Source: an uncultured Poribacteria bacterium (lineage in GTDB: Bacteria > Poribacteria > WGA-4E > WGA-3G). Taken from it: a stretch of DNA of 64,000 nt. Positions 60,216-64,000 of this stretch are shown here, in pieces; within the stretch, counting starts at the first letter, position 1, and the number at the start of each line of letters is the position of its first letter. The translations under genes were made by a program, and so were the position numbers. Below the pieces are notes generated by a model. It did not search any database. It was not told the DNA's origin and saw only the letters and a list, made by a program, of their open reading frames with translations. Where the stretch lies: NCBI GenBank assembly GCA_958296135.2, contig CATQHZ020000001.1, positions 4,192,001 through 4,256,000 of the forward strand. The letters run 5' to 3'.

Positions 60216-63200
60216 ATGGCAAAACAGACAGAAAACCCGGTGACAAGTCAAATTGTTCCGTTATTACGCGAGATGTGTCCCGAATGGAAATTTGAAGAAC
60301 AGCAGCAACCGTTAAAAGGTAGCCGCCGGCAGCCCGATATCCTAGCGATGCGCAGAGGACATGAGACGGTTGCCATCGAGGCGAAGTGGAGCGATGCCAC
60401 CGCGCGTAACGGCGTAGCCCAAGTCCGCGAACGGTATCTGGGACGCACGTTGCTGCCCGAATTCGTCGGCGCGAGCCTGAAACTGAAATCGGCCATGGTA
60501 ATTAGATACCCGACACGCCTAAAGAAAAAGCCGGGTGCGGAGATACCAGCGGCTCTGCGGGCAGCGGATGACATTGAATCACTGCTCATCGGCGAAAGCC
60601 GGGGCGAATACTACGAATTCCCAAACCTCGGCTATGCCCGCGGCACCCTCGCCGACATGGCAAACGCCCTGAAAGTGGGCGCAGTGCCAAGCCAACACAT
60701 CGCCGAAGCAGCCGAGAAAATGGAGGCAGAAATTCAGGTTGCCGCGAAGTGGTTGAACGATGCTACCGAAGACAAGTCTATCATCGGCAACAAATTGGAT
60801 AACATCTTGGATCAGCACTACTGCGAGCAGACCGCGCGGATGGCATGCCTCATTATCACCAACGCGTTCGTCTTCCAGCACGCTGTCGCTGGAAAACCGC
60901 AAATGGAGTCAGTGCGGCCGCCTGCCCACTACAAGGTGAACGGCATCAAGTTGACAGAAGTGGTGGAAGATTGGGCGGCGATTCTCAAGGTGAACTACCA
61001 ACCCATTTTTAAGGATGCCCGCCGAATGCTGTCCGAAGCGTTCGTATACGATGAAGCGATGGCGAACAAGGTGCTTGAACAACTTTGCGATGCCGCATGC
61101 ACGCTAGTGGCATCCCACCTCCCCCAGATTCACGAGCTCGCCGGTGAGGTATTCCAGAGCCTGCTGATAGACAGGAAATACGTCAAGGCGAATTACACGC
61201 TCCCGACAAGCGCAACCTTGCTGGCCGCCTTGGTATGTCCGAACCTCCCAGACGATGGACGGTTACCGAAAGTAGCCGACTTCGCATGCGGAACAGGCGC
61301 GCTACTGAACGGTGTCTATAAGCGCATCCAACGCCTGTACGAAGAACGCACCGGCGAGAGCAGCATCGCTATCCATCGTGAAATGCTCGAAAACAATCTC
61401 GCAGGCTCGGACATCTACTCCCACTGCACCCACCTCACCTTCGCCGTAATGGCGAGCGCGCATCCAGAAGTAACACTCGGCGCGACCCGGGTCATCACCG
61501 CCCCATGTGGACAGCAAGCCGATGGGACATACAAAACCGGTTCGTTGGAATTGTTGGATAGCCAACTGCTGTTCGCCAATTTCGAGGCAGAGGCGGAGAT
61601 AGCGGGGGGCGACAGCGAGGCAACGGCGGAACTGAAGCGGACATTCCCACACGGCGAAATGGACATCGTCATCCAGAATCCGCCGTTTTTAACGTCTGGG
61701 GCGGATCCTAACTCTAGCGATCCGAAGCGCGTATTTGCGTCGGAAGGACGCAGTGATGCTGAACAGAAAGCGATGCTGAAGGAACTCGCATCAAAGGATA
61801 CTCGTGTTTCAAACGGTCAGGTTGCATATTCCTACTTCGTGGAACTTGCAGAACTGAAGTTACGGGATGGCGGCCGGATGGGAGTAATTCTTCCGGCGAC
61901 AATTTTAACGAGTGCTCTCTTCAGTAAGGTTCGTGAGATGTGGGCAACAGAGTACCACAACGTCGTCGTAATCACAATCGCCCAGAACGATGGACACGAC
62001 AGCGCATTTTCAGCCGACACGAGCATGGCGGAGTGCATGGTTATTGCCGACAAAGGCATCGGGAGAAACACGGGCAGAGCGACATTCGTCTGTTTATCCC
62101 AACGTCCCGATAGCACCCTAGCCGCACAAGCAGTATCCGATAGCATCCAGCGTCAACCGCTCTCTCGTCAGTTGGAGGATGACGCGCTGGGCGGTGATAA
62201 TTTGAAAGTTGGGGATGTCAGCATGGCGCAGGTGTTAGAATGTCCCATCGGTGCAGGCGAATGGGGCGTGTCCCGTGTGAAGTCCATGTCGTTGGCGCAA
62301 ATTGCCTACCAGTTACGTCAGGGACGCTTGCTGTTGCCGCAATTGATGGACGGAATTGACATCCCAATGTGTCCGTTGGGCGAGATTGGACAAGTCGGTG
62401 CAAGCCATCGCGACATCAAGGATAAGGATAAACGTGGTGCATTTGAGATGCACAGGTGCGAATCCAACGTGCAAGAAGGATATGATGCCCTGTGGAACTT
62501 GCAATACATAACGCCGCAACGTTCGATGCAAGTCGTGCCAGACCATAAGGCACAGATTAAGCCGCAGAACGTAGAAAAGGCACACAGAATTTTGCGTCAG
62601 CACAACAGCCGAACGCATTATCACCTGTATCTGGGATTTAATGCCAATTCGGTGTTGGCGCATTGGACCGAGGTTCCAGCGTTAGGAGTCAATCTCGTTA
62701 CCAATGTGAAGTTGGAAGACGTTCGTTACGACGCTGCGTGGACGCTGTGGACAAATTCGACGTTGGGAATGCTATGTCATTGGACGACAGCGGGGAAGCA
62801 ACATCCTGGACGTGGGACGTTGACGTTAATGACTCTCCCGAATGTTCCGACGCTGGATGTGCGTCAGTTATCCGCCGAGCAGTTACAAGCCGCCGAAGTG
62901 GTGTTCGCCGATGTGAAAGCCTATCGGATGAAGCCCTACAACGAGTGCGCGGACGATGCCTGGAGAGCGGTTCTTGATGCGCGGTTGCTGTCAGAGGTGC
63001 TAGGTATTACCGATGCAGCGACGCATCAGGCGATGCAACGGTTGCGTGAGATGCTGTCTGCTGAGCCGAGCATTGCTGGCACGAAGAAGGAACGGTGTTG
63101 CTACGCGAAAGATCGGAAAAAGGCGGTGCGCAGCGGTGTGCCTTACGCCTACGACGACGATGTGGAGGAGCGGGCGTTAGCAGCGGCGCAGGCTGAGTTA

Positions 63201-63227
63201 GCAGGGCGGGGCATCTATCTTCCCTGA
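60216..63227 (+). CDS. Type IIG-like fused restriction endonuclease / N6-adenine methyltransferase
   Basis: N-terminal PDIL...IEAK PD-(D/E)xK motif; MTase motif I DFACGTG and motif IV NPPF; C-terminal putative TRD. Confidence 0.82.
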   Translation: MAKQTENPVTSQIVPLLREMCPEWKFEEQQQPLKGSRRQPDILAMRRGHETVAIEAKWSDATARNGVAQVRERYLGRTLLPEFVGASLKLKSAMVIRYPTRLKKKPGAEIPAALRAADDIESLLIGESRGEYYEFPNLGYARGTLADMANALKVGAVPSQHIAEAAEKMEAEIQVAAKWLNDATEDKSIIGNKLDNILDQHYCEQTARMACLIITNAFVFQHAVAGKPQMESVRPPAHYKVNGIKLTEVVEDWAAILKVNYQPIFKDARRMLSEAFVYDEAMANKVLEQLCDAACTLVASHLPQIHELAGEVFQSLLIDRKYVKANYTLPTSATLLAALVCPNLPDDGRLPKVADFACGTGALLNGVYKRIQRLYEERTGESSIAIHREMLENNLAGSDIYSHCTHLTFAVMASAHPEVTLGATRVITAPCGQQADGTYKTGSLELLDSQLLFANFEAEAEIAGGDSEATAELKRTFPHGEMDIVIQNPPFLTSGADPNSSDPKRVFASEGRSDAEQKAMLKELASKDTRVSNGQVAYSYFVELAELKLRDGGRMGVILPATILTSALFSKVREMWATEYHNVVVITIAQNDGHDSAFSADTSMAECMVIADKGIGRNTGRATFVCLSQRPDSTLAAQAVSDSIQRQPLSRQLEDDALGGDNLKVGDVSMAQVLECPIGAGEWGVSRVKSMSLAQIAYQLRQGRLLLPQLMDGIDIPMCPLGEIGQVGASHRDIKDKDKRGAFEMHRCESNVQEGYDALWNLQYITPQRSMQVVPDHKAQIKPQNVEKAHRILRQHNSRTHYHLYLGFNANSVLAHWTEVPALGVNLVTNVKLEDVRYDAAWTLWTNSTLGMLCHWTTAGKQHPGRGTLTLMTLPNVPTLDVRQLSAEQLQAAEVVFADVKAYRMKPYNECADDAWRAVLDARLLSEVLGITDAATHQAMQRLREMLSAEPSIAGTKKERCCYAKDRKKAVRSGVPYAYDDDVEERALAAAQAELAGRGIYLP

Positions 63228-63239
63228 GCCCTTCCTCCC

Positions 63240-63710
63240 GTAGGGTGAGGGCCTATCCCTCGCGAAACCGTCCCCTTCTACCGTAGCGCGAGGGCCTGTC
63301 CCTCGCGAATCGCCGAGGGAAACCCTCGCCATGCCGCCACCCTCGCGAAACCGCCACCCTCTACCGTAGCGCGAGGGCCTGTCCCTCGCGATCTCCCGAC
63401 CGTACCGCGCGGACCGTCACGCCTACATGGAAGCCAGCCTGCATTGCAGCGCAAAAGCAGGATAACCCCGCCCTCGCCATGCAGCGATCGCGGGGGACAG
63501 GCCCCCGCGCTACGGGCTCAGGCGCGTTTACTCCGCGCGACAACTCGCGGGGGACAGGCCCCCGCGCTACGGGCTCAGGCGCGTTTACTCCGCGCGACAA
63601 CTCGCGGGGGACAGGCCCCCGCGCTACAGGCTGGGGCGCGTTTACTCCGCGCAACGCATCGCGGGGGACAGGCCCCCGCGCTACGGGCTCAGGCGCGTTT
63701 ACTTCTGCGT
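63240..63710. repeat. REP/REPIN cluster: right 173-bp direct repeat (63341-63513) plus four 57-nt tandem units
   Basis: cgcgggggacaggcccccgcgctac at 63489, 63546, 63603 and 63660. Confidence 0.9.
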
Positions 63711-63733
63711 AGGGTGCGGGTTGGTATTAGCAC

Positions 63734-63774
63734 AAAGCCCCTGTCCCCCAAACAGATTGGGGGACAGGGGCTTT
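63734..63774 (-). terminator. Intrinsic (probably bidirectional) terminator
   Basis: AAAGCCCCTGTCCCCCAA...TTGGGGGACAGGGGCTTT perfect hairpin between convergent genes. Confidence 0.75.
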
Positions 63775-63819
63775 CAGGAACTTTCGGGGTTGCCTTGTTG
63801 GGCAGTCGTTCGCTTCGCG

Positions 63820-64000
63820 CTAACGGCCGCCGCCACCACCGCCGCGGCGGTTGCCACCGCCACCCCAGCGGTTCATGCGTTGTGCTTGTTCCGTCTGGCG
63901 TTTCTTCGTCATGGCGTTGAGCTTCGTCATCTGTTCTTCTGACAAAACCTCTTTAAGTGCCATCTGGAATTCGCCACCGACTTTTCCAGCGATAGCCATC
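63820..64000 (-). CDS. 3' end of a gene entering from the right; Spy/CpxP-like LTxxQ protein with a Gly/Arg tail
   Basis: Manual translation ...ALKEVLSEEQMTKLNAM...RWGGGGNRRGGGGGGR*. Confidence 0.6.
   Translation of the reverse strand, partial: MAIAGKVGGEFQMALKEVLSEEQMTKLNAMTKKRQTEQAQRMNRWGGGGNRRGGGGGGR

Noticed and set aside
63489-63710. 57-nt repeats as CRISPR
   Set aside because: Inter-repeat sequences are nearly identical; this is tandem REP amplification.
1-64000. Genome-wide TGA reassignment explaining the in-frame TGA at 4172
   Set aside because: Conserved genes such as rnj and obgE terminate correctly at TGA, so code 11 applies.
1-64000. tRNA, rRNA, integrase or intact transposase
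   Set aside because: None recognised by eye; a tRNAscan/Rfam run would be needed to exclude small RNAs.

Overview
GC-rich bacterial chromosomal segment. I infer Candidatus Poribacteria from C-terminal GKL(A)TTW/PNPFNPETW sorting tails on LRR, LDL-receptor and LamG surface proteins and from dense GTAG-type REP repeats. Housekeeping genes are a rhodanese-PTPS-folE-SDR pterin operon, livG/livF, lgt, obgE-proB-proA, copZ, nfo, phoX, leuS, rnj and leuCD. Three accessory blocks stand out. (1) A 12.7 kb minus-strand defence island: REase-STAND NTPase, HEPN-DUF499 ATPase, a putative antitoxin with a TPR-PemK/MazF-like fusion, a DUF1156 methyltransferase switched off by a C9 tract, and a GIY-YIG nuclease. 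(2) A cell-envelope cluster of LPP20 lipoproteins, a DUF4384 protein, a metzincin-TPR protein and two caspase-PEGA-FGE(CLec) paralogues whose 3' ends carry a diversity-generating retroelement (DGR) variable-region signature; no template repeat or reverse transcriptase is in the window. (3) A type IIG-like R-M gene flanked by ~174 bp direct repeats. Also noted: REP copies inserted in frame in leuS and other genes, and an in-frame TGA followed by an fdhF-SECIS-like hairpin. All family calls are by eye from motifs; no searches were run.
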